From: an uncultured Alistipes sp.
Lineage (GTDB): Bacteria > Bacteroidota > Bacteroidia > Bacteroidales > Rikenellaceae
NCBI GenBank assembly: GCA_964464465.1
Contig: CAYXGF010000002.1
Location: 1,000 to 64,999, forward strand
Direction: 5' to 3'
DNA length: 64,000 bases
Shown: positions 37,511 to 47,658 of the stretch, one piece after another
Layout: every line of letters starts with the position of its first letter
How positions within the stretch are numbered: position 1 is the stretch's first letter
Position numbers and translations under genes: made by a program
The notes under the pieces: model-generated
The model's input: the letters and a program-made list of their open reading frames with translations, nothing else
The model's database searches: none
What the model was told of the DNA's origin: nothing

Positions 37511-38413
37511 ATGTCGGAATATCACACTCCGGTGCTGCTCGAAGAGTCGGTGCAGCTGCTCGACATAAAACCCGAAGGGACCTACGTCGATTTGACATTC
37601 GGCGGCGGCGGTCACTCCTCGCTTATCCTTTCACGGCTCGGAGGGCAGGGACATCTGTACTCTTTCGACCAGGATGCGGATGCCGAGGCCAACAAGCCCG
37701 AGGCCGGCAACTTCACTTTCATAAGGAGCAACTTCCGGTTCATGCGCTCTGCGCTGAGGTATCGCGGAGTCGGGTCTGTGGACGGAATACTGGCCGATTT
37801 GGGCGTGTCGTCGCACCATTTCGATACTGACAGCCGCGGGTTCTCGTTCCGGGCCGACGCGCCGCTCGACATGCGGATGAATACCGGTGCGGGCGTGACG
37901 GCCGCGGATATTGTGAACGGATATTCGACGGATGAACTGTTCCGCGTGTTGCAGCAGTACGGCGAGGTGGAGGGTGCTTTCCGTGTGGCTGAGCTGATAG
38001 CCGAGGCCCGCCGCAACTCACCGATACTGTCGACCGCCGATTTGATAAACGCGGTCCGGAAACGCATTCCGAAGAGGGATGAGACCAAGTTCCTGTCCAA
38101 ACTTTTCCAGGCCCTGCGCATCGAGGTGAACGGAGAGATGGAGGCGTTGAAGATGGCGCTCGAACAGAGTCTGAAAATACTGCGTCCGGGCGGACGGCTG
38201 GTGGTGATTTCGTATCATTCGCTCGAAGACCGTCTGGTCAAGAACTTCATGCGCGGCGGGACCTTCGAGTCCGTGCCCGAGAAAGACTTTTTCGGACAGA
38301 GCAGCACGCCGCTGCGTCTTGTGACGCGCAAGGCGGTGCAGCCTTCCGAACAGGAGATAAACGATAATCCGCGCAGCCGCAGCGCAAGACTGAGGGCTGC
38401 CGAGAAAATTTGA
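37511..38413 (+). CDS. rsmH: 16S rRNA (cytosine1402-N4)-methyltransferase
   Basis: YHTPVLLEES...DLTFGGGGHS...ISYHSLEDR are RsmH/MraW motifs. Confidence 0.92.
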   Translation: MSEYHTPVLLEESVQLLDIKPEGTYVDLTFGGGGHSSLILSRLGGQGHLYSFDQDADAEANKPEAGNFTFIRSNFRFMRSALRYRGVGSVDGILADLGVSSHHFDTDSRGFSFRADAPLDMRMNTGAGVTAADIVNGYSTDELFRVLQQYGEVEGAFRVAELIAEARRNSPILSTADLINAVRKRIPKRDETKFLSKLFQALRIEVNGEMEALKMALEQSLKILRPGGRLVVISYHSLEDRLVKNFMRGGTFESVPEKDFFGQSSTPLRLVTRKAVQPSEQEINDNPRSRSARLRAAEKI

Positions 38414-38417
38414 AGCC

Positions 38418-38942
38418 ATGTTGGAGGAGTTCGACCCGGAGATAGACCCGTCCATAAGAGAGGAGATGGAGCAGGCGCAGCGTGAGAAAGAGCTGGCCGA
38501 GCGCGTGGACCTGCTTGTGGAGCGGAAGATGCGGGCCATGATGTCGGACAAGGCCGGCGGAGAGAGTGCGGACGGGCAGCAGCAGGATGCGGAACAGCAG
38601 TCGGAGGCCGAGGCCCCGAAGTCTCCGTCCAGAACGCGCAAGGCCGTGCGTTCGATTCTGTCGGGCAGCATCCTTTCCAGTCCGGAGATGAAGAAGCTCT
38701 ACCCGTATCTTCTGATTACGGCCGCTTTGCTTCTGCTTCTGATAACATCGACGTTCTATATTCAGAAACTGTACAGGCAGCAGAGCCGTCTGGACAGTCA
38801 GATAAAGGAGCTGCGCACCCGGGCTGTCGAACTGTCGGCCGAACGTGTCCAGCAGACCAGCCGCAGCGGTATAGTGAGCCGTGCACGCAGGCAGGGGCTT
38901 TACATAGAGGAGTCGGTGACTCCGGTAAAGGTAATCGAGTAA
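38418..38942 (+). CDS. ftsL: FtsL-like cell division protein with a long acidic N-terminal tail
   Basis: It sits between rsmH and ftsI. A single TM helix (LYPYLLITAALLLLLITS) is followed by a short coiled coil. Confidence 0.7.
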   Translation: MLEEFDPEIDPSIREEMEQAQREKELAERVDLLVERKMRAMMSDKAGGESADGQQQDAEQQSEAEAPKSPSRTRKAVRSILSGSILSSPEMKKLYPYLLITAALLLLLITSTFYIQKLYRQQSRLDSQIKELRTRAVELSAERVQQTSRSGIVSRARRQGLYIEESVTPVKVIE

Positions 38943-38948
38943 TGGAGC

Positions 38949-41171
38949 ATGGAGAGGAGACCGTCGAAAATAAAACGTACCATTCTGGCCCGGACGCGAT
39001 TCTTGCAGCTGGTGTTCTGGGCTATCGGCATATGTATTCTTCTGCGTATACTGTGGATACAGATGGGACCCGAGTCGGAGCGTCTGCGCAAGCAGGCCGA
39101 GAGGGTGAATTTCAGCGTGGTGATGCAGGATGCCGCGCGTGGCGACATACTGGGCCGTGACGGGGAGATTCTGGCCACCTCGCTGCCGAGGTATTTCGTC
39201 GGTATAGACTACAAGGCGGGAAGTTTCTCGGACGAGGTGCTGAGCGAAGGAATCGACGGACTCAGCGAATCGCTGTCCCGTTTTTTCGGTGACAGGAGCG
39301 CGGCCGAATACAAGCGTATGATAAGGAACGGATATGCCAACCGTGACCGCAGACGCTATCAGCGTGTAACGCCGCGTGCCGTGAATTACAATGAGTTGCA
39401 GGTCATAAAACAGTTCCCGATACTTCGCCTTCCGCGGAACCGCGGCGGGAGGATAATCGAGCAGGATATAGAGCGCGTGAGACCGTTCGGCGGACTTGCC
39501 GAACGAACCATAGGCAAGACGGCCGAATATACCGATACGGTGGTCAAGCCGGGTCTCGACCCTTCGAAAAGCGCCGTTACGGAGAAACGCACCGTGAAGG
39601 GATATACCGGTATCGAACGCTCTTTCGACGAGTCGCTCCGCGGACGGCACGGCTGGGTGCTCAAACAGAAGATAAGCAGCTCGCTGTGGGTGCCGGTGAA
39701 GAGTCCGCTCAATGTCGAGCCTGTCAACGGCAAGGATATTCTCACCACCATCGACACGGACATACAGGATGTGGCCGAGCAGGCGCTCCGGCGGCGTCTT
39801 GTCGAGGCTTCGGCCACGTGGGGGACGGTGGTTGTCATGGAGGTGGCGACCGGCGAGATTCATGCCATAGCCAATCTGACACGCTACGGACAGGAGTGCC
39901 GCGAGGATGTGAACTATGCGATAGGCGCCAGACTGGAACCTGGCTCGACGTTCAAGCTCGCCTCGCTGCTGGCGCTTATAGACGATGCCGGCATGGACAT
40001 AGGCGACAGGGTGGATACGGAGCACGGACGGGTGACGCTGGACGGCAAGACATATGTGGATGACCATAAGGTGGATTCGCTTCTGACTCTCAAACAGGTG
40101 TTCGAGCTCTCGTCGAATGTGGGATTCATAAAGTGTGTGCGGGAGCACTATAAGGAGCGCCCGCAGAGATTCGTCGATTTCGTTTCACGGCTGGGCATGC
40201 GCCAGAGTCTGGGAACGAGGATTGAGGGCGAGGCCGTTCCGAAGATGTGGACTCCGGCCGACAAGGGGCGCGGGCAGTGGAGCAAGCTCACGCTCAATGC
40301 CATGGCCTACGGCTACGGTTTCGAGATAAGTCCGCTGCACACCCTGACGCTGTATAATGCCGTGGCCAATGACGGACGCATGGTGCGTCCCAAGCTGATT
40401 CGAGAGATAAGGCAGTACGGCCAGACGCTGGAAGAGTTCCCCACGGAGTACATCAACCGCAAGATATGTTCGGAGAGCACGCTCCGGAAGGTGCGCGAGT
40501 GTCTGGAAGGTGTGGTGGATGCCGGTACGGGAAGCGCGTTGAAGAACCCTTATTACAGCGTTGCGGCCAAGACGGGAACGGCGCAGGTCGTAAACGACAG
40601 GGGCGGATATGTCGACGAATACGGCGGTCGGCACTATCTGGCGACTATGGTAGGTTATTTCCCGGCCGATAATCCGAAATATTCGTGCATAGTAGCCATA
40701 AAGACATATTACGGACACGGCAACTACGGGAACTATTACGGTGCCGGACTTGCCGGACCTGTGTTCAAGGCCGTGGCCGACCGCATCTATTCTTCCAATG
40801 TGCAGTGGCAGCAGCCCGTCAGGGAGAAGACGCCGCGGCGGAGCGAGGCTCCCGTGGAACTTAAAGGGGGAGACGGCGAGCAGATACGCTGTGCGGCCGC
40901 GAAGCTGGGCATAGACTTGCAGCGCGACGGGCGGCTCAAAGGCTGGACCTCGACCGTTTCGGATTCGGCTGTCGTGAGAACGTCCAGGATGGATGTCGAT
41001 GACGGTACGGTTCCTTCCGTCAAGGGAATGGGTCTCAAAGATGCCGTGTATCTGTTGGAGAGTCTCGGACTGAGGGTATCGTTCAGCGGCAAGGGAAAGG
41101 TGGTGTCGCAGTCTGTGGCTCCGGGAACCAGAATAAACAAGGGACAGAGTATAGTTTTGACGTTAAGATAG
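38949..41171 (+). CDS. ftsI: peptidoglycan D,D-transpeptidase FtsI (class B PBP) with a C-terminal PASTA-like domain
   Basis: It has STFK, SSN and KTGT motifs. The C-terminal VPSVKGMGLKDAVYLLESLGLRV...GQSIVLTL is PASTA-like. Confidence 0.9.
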   Translation: MERRPSKIKRTILARTRFLQLVFWAIGICILLRILWIQMGPESERLRKQAERVNFSVVMQDAARGDILGRDGEILATSLPRYFVGIDYKAGSFSDEVLSEGIDGLSESLSRFFGDRSAAEYKRMIRNGYANRDRRRYQRVTPRAVNYNELQVIKQFPILRLPRNRGGRIIEQDIERVRPFGGLAERTIGKTAEYTDTVVKPGLDPSKSAVTEKRTVKGYTGIERSFDESLRGRHGWVLKQKISSSLWVPVKSPLNVEPVNGKDILTTIDTDIQDVAEQALRRRLVEASATWGTVVVMEVATGEIHAIANLTRYGQECREDVNYAIGARLEPGSTFKLASLLALIDDAGMDIGDRVDTEHGRVTLDGKTYVDDHKVDSLLTLKQVFELSSNVGFIKCVREHYKERPQRFVDFVSRLGMRQSLGTRIEGEAVPKMWTPADKGRGQWSKLTLNAMAYGYGFEISPLHTLTLYNAVANDGRMVRPKLIREIRQYGQTLEEFPTEYINRKICSESTLRKVRECLEGVVDAGTGSALKNPYYSVAAKTGTAQVVNDRGGYVDEYGGRHYLATMVGYFPADNPKYSCIVAIKTYYGHGNYGNYYGAGLAGPVFKAVADRIYSSNVQWQQPVREKTPRRSEAPVELKGGDGEQIRCAAAKLGIDLQRDGRLKGWTSTVSDSAVVRTSRMDVDDGTVPSVKGMGLKDAVYLLESLGLRVSFSGKGKVVSQSVAPGTRINKGQSIVLTLR

Positions 41172-41183
41172 AACAGGAAGTAT

Positions 41184-42650
41184 ATGAAGAGTATCGGGGA
41201 ATTGCTTGCCGGAGTATCGGTTGTGCGTATGGCGGGAGATGCCGGCGTGGAGGTGTCGCGTCTGGGGTTCGATTCCAGAGAGGCCGGACCGGGCATGCTC
41301 TTTTTCGCCGTGTCGGGGACGGCTCTCGACGGGCACGATTATATAGACGGCGCGCTGGATGCCGGTGCCGTGGCGGTGGTGTGCGAGCGTATGCCGCAGA
41401 CGCTGCGCGACTCGGTCACCTATGTGCAGGTGGAGGATTGCGCCGGGGCGATGTCCCGGATTGCCGCCGCCTTTTACGATAATCCGAGTCGGAAGCTGCA
41501 TCTTGTAGGCGTGACAGGAACGAACGGCAAGACCACTACCGCCACGCTGCTCTACGACCTGTTCAGGGCGATGGGCTTTAAGGCTGGACTTATATCTACG
41601 GTGGTGTATGCGGTCGACGGCGACAGGCGTCCCTCGACGCACACTACGCCCGATGCCATACGTCTTAACGGTCTGATGGCTGAAATGGTCGATGCCGGCT
41701 GCCAGTATTGCTTTATGGAGGTGAGCTCGCACAGTATCGTGCAGAAACGTATAGGCGCCCTGTGTTTCGAGGGGGCTGTTTTCTCTAACATCACGCTCGA
41801 CCACCTTGACTATCATAAGACTTTCGCCGATTACATAAAGGCCAAGAAGGCGCTTTTCGACTCGCTTCCCGACACATCTTTCGCCATAGTAAATACGGAC
41901 GACCGCAACGGAGGGGTGATGGTGCAGAACTGCCGGGCCCGTATCAGGACGCTGTCGCTGCGCAGTATGGCGGATTACAGGTGCCGGATTGTCGAGATGC
42001 TGCCCGGTGGAATGCAGATGGTAATCGGCGGATGCGACGTGTGGGTAGGTTTCACAGGCCGGTTCAATGCTTACAATCTGCTGTCGGTCTATGCCGTGGC
42101 GATGGAGCTTGGGGCCGATTCGGACACCGTGCTGACGGCACTCAGCACGCTTTCTCCGGTGAGCGGCCGGTTCGAGACGCTCGGCTCCAAGAGCGGCATT
42201 ACGGCTATCGTGGACTATGCGCATACGCCGGATGCCTTGCAGAATGTGATAGATACGGTCAACGAGATACGCCGCTCCGCGCAGCGGCTGTTCATAGTGG
42301 TTGGATGCGGCGGCGACAGGGATGCCTCGAAGCGTCCTGTTATGGGACGCATAGCGGCCGACGGCGGCGACATGGCGATTTTCACGTCGGACAATCCGCG
42401 CACGGAGAATCCGGATGAGATTCTGCGGCAGATTTGTTCTTCGCTCACGCCATCCGACAGATATATAGTGGTGCCGGACCGTGCGCAGGCTATCCGTGCG
42501 GCGGTGAGCATGGCCGGAGCCGGCGATATAGTGCTGGTGGCCGGAAAAGGACACGAGACGTATCAGATAATAGGAACACAGAAGCATCACTTCGATGACA
42601 GGGAGCAGGTGGCCGCATGTCTGGCTGCTCTGGATGAAAAAATAGGATAA
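41184..42650 (+). CDS. murE: UDP-N-acetylmuramoyl-L-alanyl-D-glutamate--2,6-diaminopimelate ligase
   Basis: [13 protein letters not shown]-loop. The DNPR motif (SDNPRTE) indicates meso-DAP specificity. Confidence 0.92.
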   Translation: MKSIGELLAGVSVVRMAGDAGVEVSRLGFDSREAGPGMLFFAVSGTALDGHDYIDGALDAGAVAVVCERMPQTLRDSVTYVQVEDCAGAMSRIAAAFYDNPSRKLHLVGVTGTNGKTTTATLLYDLFRAMGFKAGLISTVVYAVDGDRRPSTHTTPDAIRLNGLMAEMVDAGCQYCFMEVSSHSIVQKRIGALCFEGAVFSNITLDHLDYHKTFADYIKAKKALFDSLPDTSFAIVNTDDRNGGVMVQNCRARIRTLSLRSMADYRCRIVEMLPGGMQMVIGGCDVWVGFTGRFNAYNLLSVYAVAMELGADSDTVLTALSTLSPVSGRFETLGSKSGITAIVDYAHTPDALQNVIDTVNEIRRSAQRLFIVVGCGGDRDASKRPVMGRIAADGGDMAIFTSDNPRTENPDEILRQICSSLTPSDRYIVVPDRAQAIRAAVSMAGAGDIVLVAGKGHETYQIIGTQKHHFDDREQVAACLAALDEKIG

Positions 42651-42666
42651 AAACGGAAAAAGGATT

Positions 42667-43902
42667 ATGTTGTACGAACTTATAGGATATTTGGAACAGC
42701 TGGATATTCCGGGAGCCGGAATGTTGCGGTACATATCTTTCCGCTCGGCAGCGGCAGCCATCGCGGCGCTGCTTATCGGCATGATGTTCGGCGGAAAGGT
42801 GATAAGGTTGCTGGCCCGCAAGCAGATTGGCGAGGATATTCGCAATCTGGGCCTCGAAGGACAGATGCAGAAGAAGGGGACGCCTACCATGGGCGGACTT
42901 ATAATAATCGCCTCGATAATCGTGCCCATACTGATTTTCGGCGATTTGGGAAATCATTACACCCTGCTGATGATGGTGTCCACGCTGTGGCTGGGACTGC
43001 TGGGATTCGCGGACGACTACATAAAGGTTTTCAGACGCAACAAGGAGGGGCTTAGCGGAAAGTTCAAGATAGTGGGACAGGTGGGGCTCGGAATAATCGT
43101 GGGTACGGCCATGTGGCAGAGTTCGGAGATAGTCGTCAAGGATGTTCCCAAGTCCGGCGACCTGATGCGTGATACCGAGGTGGTAGTGTTGACGCACCCC
43201 GAGGATATACCTTCGGAGAACGAGAAGACCACCAAGACCACGATACCGTTTTTCAAGAACAATGAATTCGATTACGGCATTTTCACGGGACAGAAGGATG
43301 CCAATTCGACGGCTACGTGGATGCTGTATATCTTCGTGGCCATCTTTATCGTTACGGCGGTGTCGAACGGTGCCAATCTGACCGACGGTCTGGACGGTCT
43401 TGTGACGGGCGTGTCGATTCCGATAATCATTGTGCTCGGAGCATTCGCGTATCTGTCGGGAAACGTCATCTACTCGCAATACCTTAATATAATGTATATT
43501 CCGGGCAGCGGCGAGCTGCTGGTATTTGCCGCCGCCACGGCCGGCGCACTGCTCGGTTTTCTGTGGCACAACTGCTTTCCGGCGCAGGTCTTCATGGGCG
43601 ATACCGGCTCTCTGGCCATAGGAGGTCTGATTGCCGTCTTCGCGCTTCTTGTACGCAAGGAGCTGCTGCTGCCGATTCTTTGCGGGATATTCATGGTGGA
43701 GAGTCTCTCGGTCATGACTCAGGTGGGATATTTCAAATATACGAAACGCAAATACGGCGAGGGCCGGCGCATACTTCTCATGTCGCCCTTGCATCACCAC
43801 TATCAGAAGAAAGGTTTCCCGGAATCCAAGATAGTCATCCGTTTCGTGATTGTGCAGATACTTCTCTGCGCCATAACACTGGCTACACTCAAAGTAAGAT
43901 AG
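42667..43902 (+). CDS. mraY: phospho-N-acetylmuramoyl-pentapeptide transferase
   Basis: A polytopic protein with [15 protein letters not shown] and HHH motifs. Confidence 0.92.
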   Translation: MLYELIGYLEQLDIPGAGMLRYISFRSAAAAIAALLIGMMFGGKVIRLLARKQIGEDIRNLGLEGQMQKKGTPTMGGLIIIASIIVPILIFGDLGNHYTLLMMVSTLWLGLLGFADDYIKVFRRNKEGLSGKFKIVGQVGLGIIVGTAMWQSSEIVVKDVPKSGDLMRDTEVVVLTHPEDIPSENEKTTKTTIPFFKNNEFDYGIFTGQKDANSTATWMLYIFVAIFIVTAVSNGANLTDGLDGLVTGVSIPIIIVLGAFAYLSGNVIYSQYLNIMYIPGSGELLVFAAATAGALLGFLWHNCFPAQVFMGDTGSLAIGGLIAVFALLVRKELLLPILCGIFMVESLSVMTQVGYFKYTKRKYGEGRRILLMSPLHHHYQKKGFPESKIVIRFVIVQILLCAITLATLKVR

Positions 43903-43913
43903 ATATATATATT

Positions 43914-45254
43914 ATGGAAAGACTCGTCGTCTTAGGAGGAGGAATAAGCGGTTACGGTTCCGCGGTGCTCGCCAAAAAGCAGGGATTCGATGTTTTCGTA
44001 TCCGACAGCGGTACGATTGCCGACAGGTATGTCGAGATTTTCGAGCGCTGGGATATTCCGTACGAACAGGGCGGGCATACGTTGGAGAAGATACTGTCAG
44101 CCGACATTGTGATAAAAAGCCCCGGCATCGGGGACAAGGCTCCGGTGATAAAGGAGCTGCGCCGGAATGGTAAGCGGATAATCTCCGAAATGGAGTTCGC
44201 CGCACGTTATACGGATGCCAGGACCATATGCATCACCGGCAGCAACGGCAAAACCACCACGACCACGCTCATATACAAGATACTGCGCGACGCAGGGTTC
44301 AATGTGGCTCTGGGCGGCAATATAGGCGAGAGCTTCGCATATTCCGTGGCTACCGGCTCGTTCGAATGGTATGTGCTGGAACTAAGCAGTTTCCAGCTCG
44401 ACGGAATGTTCTCGTTCAGGGCCGATACCGCCGTGCTGATGAATATCACGCCCGACCATCTGGACCGATACAACTATTGTTTCCAGAACTATGCCGACAG
44501 CAAGATGAGAATCATCCGCAACCAGCTTCCGGGCGACGCTTTCATCTATTGCGCCGACGACAAGGTGTCCGCTGCCGAGGTCGCGGGGCGCGAGCTGACC
44601 CAGAAGGTGCTGCCGTTCACCTCTTCGGATGACAGGACCCGGGCGGCCTGGATGGACTGCGGCATGCTGCATGTGAGGTATGGTGACAGGAGCGTCGATA
44701 TTCCCGTCGGGGAGATGAAGATAAAGGGCATACATAACTGTTACAACGCCATGGCTGCCGCACTTGCGGCGCTCACGGCCGGAGTGGACCCGCGGAGCAT
44801 CGAGCGCAGCATTCTCGACTTCGGCGGGGTGGAGCACCGTCTGGAAAGGGTCTGCGTCAGGTCCGGTGTGGAGTTCGTCAACGACTCGAAGGCCACGAAT
44901 GTGGATTCTGTGTGGTATGCTCTGGAAAGCATGACGCGTCCCACGGTGTGGATAGCCGGAGGAACGGACAAGGGCAACGATTACGCACCTCTTATGAAGT
45001 TCGCCGGACAGAAGGTCAAGGCGCTGGTCTGCATGGGAATAAACAATGAAAAGCTCACGCGCGACTTCCGCGGCGTGATACCTCAGATTTTCAGCACCCA
45101 CTCGCTGGACGAGGCCATGCGCTGCGCCGTAAAGGTCGCGCGCGAGGGCGATACCGTGCTTCTGTCCCCGGCATGCGCGAGCTTCGACCTTTTCCGCAAC
45201 TATGAGCATCGCGGCCGGGAGTTCAAACGGTGGATAGAGCAGAATGTGAAATAA
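43914..45254 (+). CDS. murD: UDP-N-acetylmuramoylalanine--D-glutamate ligase
   Basis: Start at MERLVVLGGGISGYG, internal to the 563-aa track ORF. The P-loop is ITGSNGKTTTT. Confidence 0.92.
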   Translation: MERLVVLGGGISGYGSAVLAKKQGFDVFVSDSGTIADRYVEIFERWDIPYEQGGHTLEKILSADIVIKSPGIGDKAPVIKELRRNGKRIISEMEFAARYTDARTICITGSNGKTTTTTLIYKILRDAGFNVALGGNIGESFAYSVATGSFEWYVLELSSFQLDGMFSFRADTAVLMNITPDHLDRYNYCFQNYADSKMRIIRNQLPGDAFIYCADDKVSAAEVAGRELTQKVLPFTSSDDRTRAAWMDCGMLHVRYGDRSVDIPVGEMKIKGIHNCYNAMAAALAALTAGVDPRSIERSILDFGGVEHRLERVCVRSGVEFVNDSKATNVDSVWYALESMTRPTVWIAGGTDKGNDYAPLMKFAGQKVKALVCMGINNEKLTRDFRGVIPQIFSTHSLDEAMRCAVKVAREGDTVLLSPACASFDLFRNYEHRGREFKRWIEQNVK

Positions 45255-45270
45255 TTTTTTCGGAAAGGCG

Positions 45271-46536
45271 ATGACGGTTAAAAGCGATACCCGGTGGAGC
45301 CCGCGCATAGGCGGTGACGGAGCGTTGTGGTTCATAATCATAGTGTTGGGGTTCATGTCCGTATTTGTGGTCTACTCCTCCCTCGGAGCTTCGGTTTACA
45401 GACCGTCGGGAGACGACCGCAGCTTTTTCGGCGTTCTGTTCGGGCAGGTGAAGATGGTGCTGATGGGCCTTGCCGCCGTATGGTTCGTCCAGACATTCAA
45501 TTATCAGAAATACATGCGTCTGGCCACTCCCATTTATATTCTGGCGTTCGCGGCCACTGTCATGACCTATCTTGTCGGCGAGAGCAAGTCCGAGGCCACC
45601 CGCTGGCTGACCATACCGCTGCTGAACTTCACGTTCCAGCCGTCGGACTTCCTCAAAGTGGCCACGGTGATGATTCTTGCCCGCAATCTCGCCCGCAGAA
45701 TCAACAAGGACGGCATTAGCCAGAGGCTGCTGCCTCCTCTGCTGTTCTGGCGCAATCCCCGGTTCAGCCGCAAGGTGTGGATGGAGTCTACCCGGCCGCT
45801 GGTCGTGCCGATACTCCTTTCCTGCGGCGTGGTGATGGTGGCCAATCTGTCCACGGCGCTGGTGATATTCGCCAGCTGCGTCATCATGCTTTTCATCGGC
45901 AGGATACGTGTGTCGGAGATACTGCGTTTCGTGATAACCATAGCTGCCGCCACGGTGCTGCTGCTCGGGTTTCTGAAAATGATTGGACGGGCGCCGGCGC
46001 GTCTGGATACGTGGATTCACCGTATAGAACACTTCACGGGCACCGGCGATGCCGCGCGGGACGATGCCTCCGACTACGACTACCAGACCGAGCAGGCCAA
46101 GATAGCCATCGCTCTGGGCGGATTTGCCGGTAGCGGTGCCGGGCAGAGCATCCAGCGCAACAATCTCCCGCTGGCCGAATCCGACTACGCATTCGCATTC
46201 ATCATAGAGGAGTACGGGGCTGTCGTGGCGGCGCTGATAATTTTTCTCTACATGAGTATTCTCGCGCGTGCGATTACAATATTCAAGCGCTGCGCTACCG
46301 GTCTGCCGAGTCTTCTCGTGCTCGGGCTGGCGCTTCTGATAGTGATACAGGCAGTGTGCCATATGATGGTGTCGACCGACATGATGTTCCCGACTGGACT
46401 CACGCTGCCGCTTATAAGCAAGGGCGGTTCGTCCGAGCTTTTCACCTCGATTGCTCTGGGGATGATACTCGGAATCAGCCGTCAGGTGTCGGACTGCACC
46501 GTACAGGGACCCAAAAGCGAATCATTAACCGAATAG
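45271..46536 (+). CDS. ftsW: peptidoglycan glycosyltransferase FtsW (SEDS family)
   Basis: About ten TM helices. The ESDYAFAFIIEEYG and LPLISKGGSS motifs are present. Confidence 0.88.
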   Translation: MTVKSDTRWSPRIGGDGALWFIIIVLGFMSVFVVYSSLGASVYRPSGDDRSFFGVLFGQVKMVLMGLAAVWFVQTFNYQKYMRLATPIYILAFAATVMTYLVGESKSEATRWLTIPLLNFTFQPSDFLKVATVMILARNLARRINKDGISQRLLPPLLFWRNPRFSRKVWMESTRPLVVPILLSCGVVMVANLSTALVIFASCVIMLFIGRIRVSEILRFVITIAAATVLLLGFLKMIGRAPARLDTWIHRIEHFTGTGDAARDDASDYDYQTEQAKIAIALGGFAGSGAGQSIQRNNLPLAESDYAFAFIIEEYGAVVAALIIFLYMSILARAITIFKRCATGLPSLLVLGLALLIVIQAVCHMMVSTDMMFPTGLTLPLISKGGSSELFTSIALGMILGISRQVSDCTVQGPKSESLTE

Positions 46537-46542
46537 AAAGAT

Positions 46543-47658
46543 ATGAAACCGGTAAGAATAATACTCAGCGGAGGCGGCACGGGAGGTCACATATACCCTG
46601 CCGTGGCGACGGCCGAAGCGCTCCGGAGACGTCTCGGCGACAGGGTGCGGCTGCTTTTCGTCGGTGCGGAGGGCAGGATGGAGATGGAGAAGATTCCGGC
46701 GCTCGGATACGACATAAAGGGGCTTCCGGTGTCGGGACTGAGACGTTCCCTCTCTCCCGGAGCCGTGGCAGACAACCTGATGCTGCCTGCCAAGATTTTG
46801 CGCAGCGTGCATTCGGCCCGTGACATAATACGCTCGCTGGGAGCCGATGCGGTCGTGGGATTCGGAGGATATGCGAGCGCGCCGGTACTCTTCGCGGCCC
46901 AGCTGATGGGAGTTCCGACCCTGATTCAGGAGCAGAACTCGTATGCAGGACTTACGAACAGGATACTGGGGCGCAGGGCACGGACCGTATGCGTGGCGTA
47001 TGAGGGCATGGAGAGATTCTTTTCAGAAGAAAAAATCGTCATGACGGGAAATCCGCTCAGAGGTTCGTTCTCCGGCACGGTCGACCGGGGTGCCGCGCTG
47101 CGGTATTTCGGACTGCGCGACGATATGCCTGTCGTGCTGGTTGTCGGCGGAAGTCTCGGCACGCGGACGCTTAACGAGATGATGAAACGCAACATAGACT
47201 GTTTCGGACCTGAGGCCGGCATGCAGGTCATATGGCAGACAGGCCGGTATTACAGTGCGGAGATGGATGAGTTCATGCGCGGCAGGTGCGGCGACGGGAT
47301 ATGGCGTTCGGCATTTATCGAACGTATGGATTATGCCTATGCCGCGGCCGATTTGGTCATATCGCGCAGCGGTGCGTGTACGGTCTCGGAATTGTGCATC
47401 GCATGCAAGCCTGTCATCTTCGTTCCCTCGCCGAATGTCGCGGAGGACCATCAGACGAAAAACGCCCGGGCGCTTGTCATGCATGGTGCCGCACGCATGG
47501 TGGCTGACAGCGAGGCGGTGGAGAAGGCCGTGCCGCTCGCACGGGAGATTATCTCGGACAAGGTGCTTGCCGGGGAGCTGGGACATAACATATCGGGGCT
47601 GGCCATAACCGATTCGGCGGACAGGGTGGCGGCGCAGATTGAAAAGATATTGAGATGA
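46543..47658 (+). CDS. murG: undecaprenyldiphospho-muramoylpentapeptide beta-N-acetylglucosaminyltransferase
   Basis: The GGGTGGHIYPA motif is present, and the gene sits in the expected dcw position. Confidence 0.92.
   Translation: MKPVRIILSGGGTGGHIYPAVATAEALRRRLGDRVRLLFVGAEGRMEMEKIPALGYDIKGLPVSGLRRSLSPGAVADNLMLPAKILRSVHSARDIIRSLGADAVVGFGGYASAPVLFAAQLMGVPTLIQEQNSYAGLTNRILGRRARTVCVAYEGMERFFSEEKIVMTGNPLRGSFSGTVDRGAALRYFGLRDDMPVVLVVGGSLGTRTLNEMMKRNIDCFGPEAGMQVIWQTGRYYSAEMDEFMRGRCGDGIWRSAFIERMDYAYAAADLVISRSGACTVSELCIACKPVIFVPSPNVAEDHQTKNARALVMHGAARMVADSEAVEKAVPLAREIISDKVLAGELGHNISGLAITDSADRVAAQIEKILR

Noticed and set aside
38247-40148. A 633-aa ORF antisense to rsmH, ftsL and ftsI. Similar long antisense ORFs occur at 8864-10252, 10030-11451, 15233-16519, 16718-17998, 17578-19281, 34577-35878, 41163-42929, 42490-43800, 48594-50060 and 51581-52747.
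   Set aside because: All lie opposite genes with unmistakable family motifs. They have Arg/His/Leu-rich, non-protein-like composition, lack promoter boxes, and often span several genes. They are codon-bias shadows, not overlapping genes.
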